Positions 1-9,230 of a DNA stretch of 64,000 nucleotides are shown here, piece by piece. A program made the position numbers and the translations under genes. Source of the DNA: a virus. The stretch covers positions 1 to 64,000 of IMG/VR virus record IMGVR_UViG_3300009709_000020; one strand, given 5' to 3'. The first letter of the stretch is position 1; the number at the start of each line of letters is the position of its first letter. The notes beneath the pieces are model-generated. The model saw nothing but the letters and a program-made list of their open reading frames with translations. It was not told the origin of the DNA and ran no database searches.

Positions 1-94
1 ATTCACGTGCTGGCCCATCTTCTCGGTGTAGTCCTCCTGCTTCATTATAAAATTCAATGGTACCACTTGGTAGAATTTTTTTAATAGATGCCAT
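1..94 (-). CDS. 5' part of a GPA-repeat (MORN-like) family protein, runs off the window
   Basis: Manual translation MASIKKILPSGTIEFYNEAGGLHREDGPARE; AAGGAG SD at 102-107; LHREDGPA motif shared with paralogs at 20.3-25.0 kb. Confidence 0.8.
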   Translation of the reverse strand, partial: MASIKKILPSGTIEFYNEAGGLHREDGPARE

Positions 95-116
95 GCCATA
101 TCTCCTTGATCACTTT

Positions 117-145
117 CTTTTATTAAAAATTTAATGGCATGTCAA
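117..145 (-). promoter_or_regulatory. Early sigma70-type promoter TTGACA-N17-TAAAAG
   Basis: -35 at 140-145, -10 at 117-122; 19 nt around the -35 (133-151) identical to 22663-22681. Confidence 0.7.
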
Positions 146-158
146 CCAAAACGTACAG

Positions 159-584
159 TTATTTTTTTAGGGTTTCAATAACCTTAAGCTTTTCCAATAA
201 TTCATCATATTTGTCATATGCGAGCGCTGCTAATTCTGGGTATTTTTTCTCAAGCACATAGTCTCTTTTATCTTGTCGATAATTCACAGTGTTATGTGTG
301 TGTTGGTGTAAATCTTTTCGGTTAAAATCAACAAATTTTACTTTTTCTTCGGTTGGATTGGGATGATAAATTTTAGTTTCACTCTTAATATGAACCATTC
401 TCCCATCACCGTCACAAGTAATACAATGAACAAATTCAACTGTTTCATCATCGTCCCGGTAATTATAAGAACTCACTTTCTTTTCGTATCCAGTACCATT
501 GCACCTAGTGCAAAGAACAATTGAGGTTTGTTTCGTGAAATTACCTTGAAGTCTATTAACAGGAGAGTGGTTTTTTATGGTCAT
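159..584 (-). CDS. Hypothetical protein with DnaJ-type zinc finger
   Basis: CTRCNGTG and CITCDGDG motifs; ATG at 584 overlaps the upstream stop (track start at 596 is TTG). Confidence 0.7.
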   Translation of the reverse strand: MTIKNHSPVNRLQGNFTKQTSIVLCTRCNGTGYEKKVSSYNYRDDDETVEFVHCITCDGDGRMVHIKSETKIYHPNPTEEKVKFVDFNRKDLHQHTHNTVNYRQDKRDYVLEKKYPELAALAYDKYDELLEKLKVIETLKK

Positions 585-1369
585 GCAAATTTCCAATTAT
601 ATGATACTAAAAATTCATCAGAATCTTTTTGTTTTGTTGAAAATGATCCACTAACAACAATGTCTTGTTTTGTTGCAGTCGATAAAAAGAAATCATGAAA
701 CGGATCGGTTCGTATTAATTCTAATCTAACATAATTTTCATCCTGATCAATGAACCAAAATTCATTTTTTGTTTTTGATGCTTTAAACGGTGAAGGAATT
801 ACTTGAATGAAATTCAACACCTTGTTTGCATCGGTACTAATACGGATTCTTTTATTTTCAATCATTTTTCGAACAGTAACATCATATTCATAAAAATACG
901 GAAGCCTATATATTAATTTGATTGTTTGTTCTGAAACAGTTAGCTCATTATTATCATTTGGGATATTACAACTTAAGTAATCTAGAATAACCTGATGTGT
1001 CGGTGCAATTTTATTGCCTGATAATACATTTCCCACCGACCGTCGCATATAATAGTTTCTAATAGCAGACGCTACTTCTAAATCTTCAGGTATAATCAAA
1101 TTAAGAATTTCGCCTGCATGAGGACCGCAAGATAATTGATAATTTGCAAAATGCACTGACGTTTTTGATGATATTTCAGTTTCAATTAGCCGTTTCAATG
1201 TTATTGATAATACCAAAATATCAGCTTTTAATATATACCTTGTGGGTCCGTAGAGATATCCCCTTGATCCAATGGAAGAAACTGAAAAATCACTATCATA
1301 TAGATTGGATGTATGTTTTTCTTTTGGTGCTTCCCTTACCGGGAATATTGTATCGTCTTCCTTAAACAT
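581..1369 (-). CDS. Hypothetical phage protein
   Basis: 262-aa ORF, tightly packed in operon. Confidence 0.7.
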   Translation of the reverse strand: MFKEDDTIFPVREAPKEKHTSNLYDSDFSVSSIGSRGYLYGPTRYILKADILVLSITLKRLIETEISSKTSVHFANYQLSCGPHAGEILNLIIPEDLEVASAIRNYYMRRSVGNVLSGNKIAPTHQVILDYLSCNIPNDNNELTVSEQTIKLIYRLPYFYEYDVTVRKMIENKRIRISTDANKVLNFIQVIPSPFKASKTKNEFWFIDQDENYVRLELIRTDPFHDFFLSTATKQDIVVSGSFSTKQKDSDEFLVSYNWKFA

Positions 1370-1378
1370 CGTAACCTC

Positions 1379-1831
1379 TTATATTGATGCATCGTCCAGA
1401 CCGGCAACCCTAAGCCGGACGATATTTGAAATCTGAAAGCCTTTACTTTCAAGACCCTTTGATACCCCTAACCATCTATTGCGCAATAAAGACACTTCAT
1501 TTATCAACATTTCATAATCAATTACCTCTTGCTCGCCATCGACATATTTTTCGACATCACGCGATGATAATTGCCTGGGATAATTCTCTAAATATTGTTT
1601 AAAATGTTTTCTTCTAATTTTTCGCAATTGAATGTTTAGAAATTCTAATACTGCTTCAATTTCCTGAATTTGATAAAATCTAAATTCTGTAGAACCCGGA
1701 AGTGCAGCAAGTTGTTTTTCGAGATTACCATGAATCTTTACTTCCTTGCGTGCATCATCCAATTCTTTTTCATAATATGTTATAAAATCTGGAAGAACAC
1801 TTATATCCTGTGTAATTCGGCTATACCACAT
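1379..1831 (-). CDS. uvsY: Recombination mediator UvsY-like protein
   Basis: 150 aa, helical, LSSRDVEKYVDGE and KGLESKGFQISNIVRLRVAG motifs; near uvsX. Confidence 0.8.
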   Translation of the reverse strand: MWYSRITQDISVLPDFITYYEKELDDARKEVKIHGNLEKQLAALPGSTEFRFYQIQEIEAVLEFLNIQLRKIRRKHFKQYLENYPRQLSSRDVEKYVDGEQEVIDYEMLINEVSLLRNRWLGVSKGLESKGFQISNIVRLRVAGLDDASI

Positions 1832-2097
1832 TAATAATCGTCATCATCTTTGTCATACCCGAAATCAAAATCTTCGAGATCCTCATCATGTGTTTCTTCT
1901 TCTGAATCCAAGTAGTAACTAATCTTCTTTTTAATTTCTCTATCAGTTCTAAACTGTTGATTAATATCTTCTGGATCGAATGCTTCATCGACCAAATAAC
2001 TTACCAAATTTTCTGCTGCCTCATCGACATCACCAATTTCAATGCTGGGTTTTAGTACTTTCCAAATTTCATTAATAAGTTGTAGATTATTGCTCAT
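1831..2097 (-). CDS. Acidic hypothetical protein
   Basis: 88-aa ORF, GAGG SD, coupled to uvsY. Confidence 0.7.
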   Translation of the reverse strand: MSNNLQLINEIWKVLKPSIEIGDVDEAAENLVSYLVDEAFDPEDINQQFRTDREIKKKISYYLDSEEETHDEDLEDFDFGYDKDDDDY

Positions 2098-2143
2098 ATT
2101 ACCTCTTTGTTCTTATTTTGTTCTTTTACTACAAGATTGTGAT

Positions 2144-2180
2144 GTTGTCACATATTTCGGTAACTAAAATATGTGACAAC
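2144..2180. terminator. Intergenic 14-bp perfect hairpin (terminator or processing site) after uvsX
   Basis: GTTGTCACATATTT / AAATATGTGACAAC. Confidence 0.5.
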
Positions 2181-2187
2181 TGATAAA

Positions 2188-3285
2188 TTAATTTACGGTG
2201 TCTTCATCTTGAACCGAAAAACTTTCCTCATCAATCTCAATCGATACTTCGGGTTGAATTTCTGGCTTTTCATTCCACTCCCGCATGATTGTATCAAGAC
2301 AACCATCGTCATTTTTATCCCATGCTTTGCGGAACTTTTTAATCGAGGTGTTAGTTACAGGTGAATCATATCGCAGACTGTTTCCATCCTTAACCAGAAT
2401 TCCTTTCTTTTCACATAGATCAACCATACCAGAATAAAGACTCATTCCGGTAGAATATGGAATTTGAACTTCAATATCCTCAAATGGTTTATTGTATCTG
2501 GTTTTCATGATCTTACATTTTGCACGAATACCGTGAACTTGTGCGGTCTTATTGCCATCTTCATCTGTTTTTAATTTTAGCTTTTGCATTGCAATCAAAA
2601 TAGATGATGCATATACGAAGCCGGCGCCGCCACTTACCTTAGGATCAGGGTCAAACATATCCTGAGAAGCATATGTGTGATTTGTTGCTACTAACCCAAT
2701 ACCAAGATCACCGAACATGTTCACGCAATTTCTAATTAGTGCGGCGAGTGCTCTGGGTTTTCTACCCATATCACCCTTTAGATCACCTGCATCAAATTGG
2801 TTAACATCTGTCGGTGTAAGTAACATACCAAGACTATCGACAACAAAAAGGACCTTTGGTCTTTCTTCTTCTGAGAGTGTCCTGTATTCCTTGACGAAAT
2901 CACTAATGGTTTTTGCAACATCATCAATCATCGCCATGTTTAGTTTCAATAGTTTATCTTCTGCTGTGTCTACACCGAGAGCATGCAGCCATTTTTCATC
3001 CAAAGCATTTTCCGAATCAATTAGAACTACGAAAATGCCTTGATCCTGTGCGTTCTTTACTATATTACCGGATGCAATATATGATTTGCCTGCTCCGGAA
3101 TCGCCTGCGAACACACTCACTTTGCCCAGTGGAATTCCTTTATGAAAATCACCAGAAACCAGATAATTTAGTGCAAAATTACCAGTTGAAATCCAATCTG
3201 TTGGATCATTAAATCCGATACTTAACCCCGGGATAGATTTGGTTAGGGCTTTACGGAATTTGCTTAAGTCGAATGGTTTACCCAT
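2188..3285 (-). CDS. uvsX: RecA-like recombinase UvsX
   Basis: Walker A GDSGAGKS, IDSENA, VVDSLG, DMGRKPR, NHTY motifs. Confidence 0.95.
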   Translation of the reverse strand: MGKPFDLSKFRKALTKSIPGLSIGFNDPTDWISTGNFALNYLVSGDFHKGIPLGKVSVFAGDSGAGKSYIASGNIVKNAQDQGIFVVLIDSENALDEKWLHALGVDTAEDKLLKLNMAMIDDVAKTISDFVKEYRTLSEEERPKVLFVVDSLGMLLTPTDVNQFDAGDLKGDMGRKPRALAALIRNCVNMFGDLGIGLVATNHTYASQDMFDPDPKVSGGAGFVYASSILIAMQKLKLKTDEDGNKTAQVHGIRAKCKIMKTRYNKPFEDIEVQIPYSTGMSLYSGMVDLCEKKGILVKDGNSLRYDSPVTNTSIKKFRKAWDKNDDGCLDTIMREWNEKPEIQPEVSIEIDEESFSVQDEDTVN

Positions 3286-3301
3286 TATTCTTCCTTTTCT
3301 G

Positions 3302-3333
3302 AAAAGAGGAGTAGAGGGGAATCCCCTCTACTC
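3302..3333 (-). terminator. Intrinsic terminator-like hairpin after gp32
   Basis: GAGTAGAGGGG/CCCCTCTACTC 11-bp stem followed on minus by CTCTTTTC. Confidence 0.65.
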
Positions 3334-3347
3334 TTAAATTTTAAAAA

Positions 3348-4379
3348 TTATTTACCTTGACGTTGGCGAATCATCGCAAGAATGTCATTAGTCTTTTTTT
3401 CACTTGAGCCTTCTGCTGCAGGAACATCAGACGTTACATTGGTCTCTTGTTGTGCCACTGCTTCTACAAAATTTGTAGTTGATTTGGTATTATTTGTTGG
3501 CGTGAATGGAATTGCAGGAAGATCATCAGTTGACTTACCTGACATAGATACCAGTGTTTTTTGAGAATTTTTTTGATCGCCGGGCTTTTCCATTCCATAT
3601 GGGCGGAAATAGTTACCAAAACGTTCTAGGTCATATGCATCACCATCAACAGATGCTTCAAACATTTCAGCAATGATCTTAACTTCTGCTTCAGTTGGTT
3701 CTTTAGGAAGAAATTCAGACAGAGTGAACAGTCCGTGTTCTGCAATTGCTTCTAGTTCTGCTTCAGTCAAAGGACTTTCTTTGCGAGCCCAAGTGGATGT
3801 AGAATAATCTGCATATCCGCCCTTGGTTGTTTTCTTGATATTAAAGTCTAGTCCGCGGATATAATCAGTTGGCAGTTCATCCAATTCAGGATCCATCAGT
3901 GATGCCTTAATTAGTGTTTGAATAGATGGACTAATTACAAATCTGCGAATAGGATTCGCAGGAGATACATCATTACCAATTGGATTTGCTCTTACGAAAC
4001 CTTGATAGATATATGAACGCTTCTTCCAATAAGTAGACGCAGTATCTTTCAGACTTGCATCATTGTACCACGGGCGAACTTCAGTGAGTACTGGACATTG
4101 CTTTTGATACATTTCCATGCATGGAACTTGCACAATAACTTGTCCGCGATGATCTGGATTATTTTTTACACCATTGAATGGTAGTTTAATGATTTGACGT
4201 TCTGTCCAGAAAAAAGGATTATTTGGATCATTATCTGGAAGGTAACGAACGGTTGCTGTTGTGCCATCATCCATATTCCAATGGGGATAGATTGGGCTTT
4301 CTTGTGGTGATGTGCCGCGATCTTGATTCTTGTTTTCTTGTGCTGCGATGCGACGGCGGATTTCTTCTAGGTTTGCCAT
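3348..4379 (-). CDS. gp32: Single-stranded DNA binding protein, T4 gp32-like
   Basis: ATVRYLPD, CPVL, YWKKRSY, GLDFNIKK, GGYADYSTS motifs; position next to uvsX. Confidence 0.9.
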   Translation of the reverse strand: MANLEEIRRRIAAQENKNQDRGTSPQESPIYPHWNMDDGTTATVRYLPDNDPNNPFFWTERQIIKLPFNGVKNNPDHRGQVIVQVPCMEMYQKQCPVLTEVRPWYNDASLKDTASTYWKKRSYIYQGFVRANPIGNDVSPANPIRRFVISPSIQTLIKASLMDPELDELPTDYIRGLDFNIKKTTKGGYADYSTSTWARKESPLTEAELEAIAEHGLFTLSEFLPKEPTEAEVKIIAEMFEASVDGDAYDLERFGNYFRPYGMEKPGDQKNSQKTLVSMSGKSTDDLPAIPFTPTNNTKSTTNFVEAVAQQETNVTSDVPAAEGSSEKKTNDILAMIRQRQGK

Positions 4380-4537
4380 TTTATTTTTCTCCTGTTAAAT
4401 GTGCCTGTGTTGTGCCTAAGTTTATTTTTGTTAGTTTGTTGTGACACTTTTTGTAATATAGTTATAATCACATTAAATGTCACTAATATTTAGTACCAAT
4501 TTAAAATTTTATTACGCAAAAACGTCAATTTGGATAA

Positions 4538-5938
4538 TTATTTTTTGCTGTGTGATGACAAAGCAGATTCGTATAATCCGCCATATTGGAAATCATGGAA
4601 AGGAATTATTTTTCTAAAATCCTTAGTTTTTACAATTACACATTCATAATCTGGGTCAGCATAAACATCATACCCGTAATGGTCTAGTTTATTTTGAATA
4701 AAATGAAGATCACCGTCTACCACGGATCTATGATCCATGTCCAAATCATAATCATGTGCTTTAGTTTCTGCATAAATGAATACAAAATCTCTAATTAATG
4801 CCAAAATCTCCTGTGGAATATCTTGGTTAGATTGTTGTATTTCAGTTACTTGTTGTTTCTTGTTAGAAAAAGTGTCTTTTTGCGTTTTTTTATAGTCAGT
4901 CATTTGTTTATTTTTGTATGTATTTGCCTGTTCCACATTTTCATCTATTGTTTTATCTGCCCATGTTTCCAATTCTGAAACTTCTTTCAGTTTTGGTTTT
5001 CTGTGGAATTTTGACATGATTGGTAATGCTTCTTTAATTCTTGGATCAAGTGAAATGATGCTAAAATGTTCTTCTGAAATTTCTTCTATGTCTTCGATCA
5101 ATTCAGGTTGCCAAGATTCAAAATATGAATTATAACCACGTGTAGTTGATATTTTTTTCAATGTTTCTTTTAAGGAAGAATAAAATTCCATGCCCTCATT
5201 AATCAATTCTTCTGCATTTTCAAAAACTTTGTTTTTTACTGCTCTGTTGAAACCTGACATTTTGTCATAATCTTCTACAAGTGATTTAATATGATTCCAA
5301 CGCTGATCATTCGGTACTCCGCCTTCAGCAATATGCCGTGCATAAATTTTTGCCACTCCGGGGCGAGTAGTAGGGGCAAGAAAACGTTCACCATCTTGAT
5401 TTTCTAAGAAAATTTTAGAAACGTGACGGAATCGTTGATCAGTTTCTTGCATGTTTTTGGAATGCTGTATTAAAACCTTGACGTTAGGAACCGAATCAGT
5501 GTAACTAGCTTTTTTATTTACTGGATGATATGCCTCATGCAATTTGGCTTTTTCCTTAAAATAGTCGCGCTGTTTCATGTCATCGTCTAACCTATCCCGA
5601 TTATACAAATCAAAACTAAGTTGTCTGCGTTGTGCCCATTTTTTTAGATATTTAAGAAATCCTGTCCATGTATCATCATAATCTAATCCCGGAGTAGGAA
5701 AATTTGGACTATCATATTGTTTGTTGTCAAAATACACAGACAATATTTTTGCATCGTCAATTGTTACCCAGGCATTCCCGTAATCCTCACCATCTTTATC
5801 AAATGTAAACTGAAATACCTCTGCATTTTGTGCAGCAGGAACTCTTTGATTTTTTGTATCCAATGGGATCGGTTTGTATCTTCTAACTTTCAGAAGATCA
5901 TATATTTCTTTTTTAAAATTTTCGCTATCTAATGCCAT
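4538..5938 (-). CDS. Hypothetical protein, possibly virion-associated
   Basis: 466-aa ORF in a late-promoter operon; many hydrophobic-x-E sites. Confidence 0.6.
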   Translation of the reverse strand: MALDSENFKKEIYDLLKVRRYKPIPLDTKNQRVPAAQNAEVFQFTFDKDGEDYGNAWVTIDDAKILSVYFDNKQYDSPNFPTPGLDYDDTWTGFLKYLKKWAQRRQLSFDLYNRDRLDDDMKQRDYFKEKAKLHEAYHPVNKKASYTDSVPNVKVLIQHSKNMQETDQRFRHVSKIFLENQDGERFLAPTTRPGVAKIYARHIAEGGVPNDQRWNHIKSLVEDYDKMSGFNRAVKNKVFENAEELINEGMEFYSSLKETLKKISTTRGYNSYFESWQPELIEDIEEISEEHFSIISLDPRIKEALPIMSKFHRKPKLKEVSELETWADKTIDENVEQANTYKNKQMTDYKKTQKDTFSNKKQQVTEIQQSNQDIPQEILALIRDFVFIYAETKAHDYDLDMDHRSVVDGDLHFIQNKLDHYGYDVYADPDYECVIVKTKDFRKIIPFHDFQYGGLYESALSSHSKK

Positions 5939-5947
5939 TATTGTCTC

Positions 5948-6973
5948 TTAAATTATTGCTGCTACATATCCACTATTTTGTGGATTTATAAAATTAGTAT
6001 TTGTAAATGAAACTGCACCGGTCATTTGTTGAAGTTGTTGCAATTGAGTTGTCAAATCATTTATTGTCGTTGTTAATTGTAAAACTAATCCATCAACATA
6101 TGATTTGTTCGTGACATCTGTTGGGTTAGCAGGAAGAGCAGAATTTATTATCCTGTTGTTGGACAGATTTATATTTCCACCGGAAATGATATCAGATTTA
6201 GTAGTAAGCGTTCCGGTTGAGCCAATATTTAACAATTGGATATTTCCGACACCAGAATTATAAAATGAAATGCTAGAATTTGCGTTTGCACTGATTCTAG
6301 CAGTCTGGTTCGAATAGTCTATTAACAAATTAGGACTATCTGACCCAGTATATGATCCTGAAAATATTGCACCATTGGTAGAAATTGTTGTATTTGCTGA
6401 CACTACATTTGAAGTGACGTTTACTAAATTTGCAAGGGAAGCAGATATATTTGTAACAGAAAGAGTTTTTGATACCAAATTAAATTGTAATGATGTATCT
6501 CCTGCGAATGCTCCATTAACATTGAATTGGACTTGTGAATTTGATCCGCCAGGAATTCCATTGCTTCCTGTTCCTGCTTGTGCCCACGTCACATTTCCTT
6601 GGCCATCAGTCTGTAAGAAATATCCATTCGTGCCGCCAGAAATTTTTAATTTACTGGCATCTGATATATAAATCGTGTTACCTAATTGAATGTTATCAAC
6701 ATTTACTTTTGTATTAGGAACATCAAAAGTAAAAGATGGATCTGACCCAAAATTTCCGCCATAATTAAATTGAATGACTGAGTTAGATCCGGAAATCTTT
6801 GGAACTGCTGTGCCATTGGCATAATAATATGCTTTTGCATATACTGCATTCGCAGATACATTTGCATTTAAATTATTTAAATTGGTTACTATATTGCCGG
6901 AAGCATCTACTACAGGAACCTCTATTAAACCAGTAGAAAATCCACCCAAACTATTAAAATAAGTAGCTGTCAT
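5948..6973 (-). CDS. Fiber-like virion structural protein
   Basis: Two GSNSxxQFNxxGxFxxD repeats, GYFLQTDGQGNVTW, neck-like PTDVTNKSYVD motif, C-terminal coiled coil; TAAATA upstream. Confidence 0.65.
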   Translation of the reverse strand: MTATYFNSLGGFSTGLIEVPVVDASGNIVTNLNNLNANVSANAVYAKAYYYANGTAVPKISGSNSVIQFNYGGNFGSDPSFTFDVPNTKVNVDNIQLGNTIYISDASKLKISGGTNGYFLQTDGQGNVTWAQAGTGSNGIPGGSNSQVQFNVNGAFAGDTSLQFNLVSKTLSVTNISASLANLVNVTSNVVSANTTISTNGAIFSGSYTGSDSPNLLIDYSNQTARISANANSSISFYNSGVGNIQLLNIGSTGTLTTKSDIISGGNINLSNNRIINSALPANPTDVTNKSYVDGLVLQLTTTINDLTTQLQQLQQMTGAVSFTNTNFINPQNSGYVAAII

Positions 6974-6997
6974 TAAATATACCTTTTGATATATTTA

Positions 6998-7309
6998 TCA
7001 ACTTCTAGAATCTTCATCCTCACTATCGTCATCAAAATCAATTTCGATTTCTAACTGACAATCCTCATCCATGGCACTTGCCATAACCGTATCAAGCAAT
7101 TCTTCTACTGTCCATCCGGAGTCAGTTAGAATTCCAATGGATTCTTGAAATAATGTATAAACAGATGCCACAAAATCAAAATTTTGTATTTTTCCTTCTT
7201 TTTCATAAAGATCATTTAATGTATTATGCGCTTCTTCCATGCATACATCCAGATCAAAATAGTGAACTGTTCCGTCTGGTAAAATTTCGATTACTTCATT
7301 GTCTTTCAT
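6998..7309 (-). CDS. Acidic hypothetical protein
   Basis: 103-aa ORF, GAGGA SD, TAAATA at 7347-7352. Confidence 0.7.
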   Translation of the reverse strand: MKDNEVIEILPDGTVHYFDLDVCMEEAHNTLNDLYEKEGKIQNFDFVASVYTLFQESIGILTDSGWTVEELLDTVMASAMDEDCQLEIEIDFDDDSEDEDSRS

Positions 7310-7379
7310 TGTTCTTTCCTCGATATGCTTTTAACGGCATCATAATTATTTAGTATATAGCCTGGATATATTTTTTGTT

Positions 7380-9113
7380 TTACTTTGGGTAATTTAATTG
7401 CATTTCGAAATTAATATTTCCGCAATCATGAATTCTATCATACCCGGCAACTTGCATATTCTCCCATCCGGATAACTCTTCACTAAACCCAAGATCAATC
7501 AACATGTATGGCATGTGATTATACCTATTTGATCTAAATTTATAATTTTCTACATACCAACAGTTGGGTTCACTTATTGAAATTTCTTTGAATCCTAACG
7601 TCCTGTATAAATTCCCATCACTCCAACGTCGATCGGCAGAAGTTACTATTCTGTTTGGTTGGACTTTTCTGATAAAATGCTGCAATAATTTTCCAGCACC
7701 TCCTACTATTCGATCACCATTTGTTGCATATCTAATCAATTCATGCGTTGGGTTATCTGATGTAGATTTTTTATTATACCCTGATCTTTCTAATGAAAAC
7801 GTCATTACTGCAACTAACTTGTCCTTGTCATACAGACCTAATTTAGTCGATGCTTCAGCATATCCTTGAAGATGGAATGTTTCTAAAAATATCTTTGCAT
7901 CTTCTCTTGATATATCATGCACTAAAAGGTTTTTTGCATATAACGGGATACTCTGGTTTTTATTGAACATATGTTTTAAACGAGAGTGTACTATATCTTG
8001 CTGATAAAGCCATTCATCTGAAAAAATAGTAACTAATTGATATCCCAATTCTTTCATTTTATTATGTTTTGTAATATGATATGACCGCTTTTTTCCAGAT
8101 GATAATTCACTATGCCAATATAACCCGCAATATTCTATTGCGAGTTTTTCTTCCGGGAATACCATGTCTATTTCAAACGGATTGATTAATCTCTTGTCAG
8201 ATTGATATCCTATGACGCCCAAAGATGTTACAAAATCATACACCTTTTGTTCTTCTTTACTAACCCAGCTAGGAATTCTAGGATTACATTTATAACAATT
8301 TATTCCCGCTGAATGAATAAAAGATTTTGGAATTATTTCATCACATGTATTGCATTTGAAAATGTATTCATGTGCATCTTTTTGTCTAATTCCGTAATAA
8401 TTTTCAAATGGTGTCAATAACGTAAATCCATATTCTCTTTCGACAAATGAACTAAATCTATCATAGCCCATGCGCAAATGTTCGCCGTGTGTACTTCGTT
8501 TTCTTAATGCAACTGCTGATTTCTCTCTATTTTCTGGTAACACCAATACGTTATCTACTCCATACCTATTTCGAACTGTATCTATAATTTGTTCATTAAC
8601 TCCTGGTATATGCCTAGCATTGGTAACTTCTGTGCCATACCTTTCCCGTAATGTTTCGATTATGTTTTGTGTGATACCTTTCGACTTTTCCAAATCATTG
8701 TATAATTCTTTATGCTTTTGTTTCGCATACACTGTTTGTCCGGTATTAGATACTCCGTACACAGCAAGATTAGTCTGTTCTCGTTTTTTATTTTCTTCAT
8801 CAATTTCTTGACGTGTCCGGGAAGCTTTTTTTTCTGAAACCTTTTTACTAACTGATGCATTTGCACATTGACAAACACCTGCTTTTCCACAAAATCTATA
8901 ACCCATTTTGATATCACCAAATTTCAATTCATTGCCGTTGTGGCACAAATTTGATTTTTGCGTAATAGCTGAATAAATTTTTTCAGGAAAAATCTTGTCA
9001 TCTGCAACTGATGAATTTCGAATAACCCAATTATACAGTTCCGAATTATTTTTAATAATTTTTGCATAATGTTTTGGTTTTTCAGATATTAGTTTTTCAA
9101 TCAATTCTTTCAT
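7380..9113 (-). CDS. Hef-like free-standing endonuclease (PD-(D/E)XK/Vsr-like) with C-terminal GNAT/Mom-like domain
   Basis: T-x(3-4)-YG repeats, CxxC pairs, EIDMVFPEEKLAIEYCGLYWH, then HLQG, ELIRYA, GGAGKLL, ADRRWSDGNLYRTLGF, DCG. Confidence 0.7.
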   Translation of the reverse strand: MKELIEKLISEKPKHYAKIIKNNSELYNWVIRNSSVADDKIFPEKIYSAITQKSNLCHNGNELKFGDIKMGYRFCGKAGVCQCANASVSKKVSEKKASRTRQEIDEENKKREQTNLAVYGVSNTGQTVYAKQKHKELYNDLEKSKGITQNIIETLRERYGTEVTNARHIPGVNEQIIDTVRNRYGVDNVLVLPENREKSAVALRKRSTHGEHLRMGYDRFSSFVEREYGFTLLTPFENYYGIRQKDAHEYIFKCNTCDEIIPKSFIHSAGINCYKCNPRIPSWVSKEEQKVYDFVTSLGVIGYQSDKRLINPFEIDMVFPEEKLAIEYCGLYWHSELSSGKKRSYHITKHNKMKELGYQLVTIFSDEWLYQQDIVHSRLKHMFNKNQSIPLYAKNLLVHDISREDAKIFLETFHLQGYAEASTKLGLYDKDKLVAVMTFSLERSGYNKKSTSDNPTHELIRYATNGDRIVGGAGKLLQHFIRKVQPNRIVTSADRRWSDGNLYRTLGFKEISISEPNCWYVENYKFRSNRYNHMPYMLIDLGFSEELSGWENMQVAGYDRIHDCGNINFEMQLNYPK

Positions 9114-9162
9114 ATTTTTATTTTATCATTTTTTATTTTTGATTTCAATATAGGATATTAAC

Positions 9163-9199
9163 CAAAAAAGAAGAGAGAAGATTTCTCTTCTCTCTTCTT
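9163..9199 (-). terminator. Intrinsic terminator after major capsid gene
   Basis: 14-bp stem (9168-9181/9186-9199), GAAA loop on minus, then U-tract. Confidence 0.8.
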
Positions 9200-9230
9200 G
9201 GTTGACTTTCGTGTCTTTTTCCAGTAAAAC

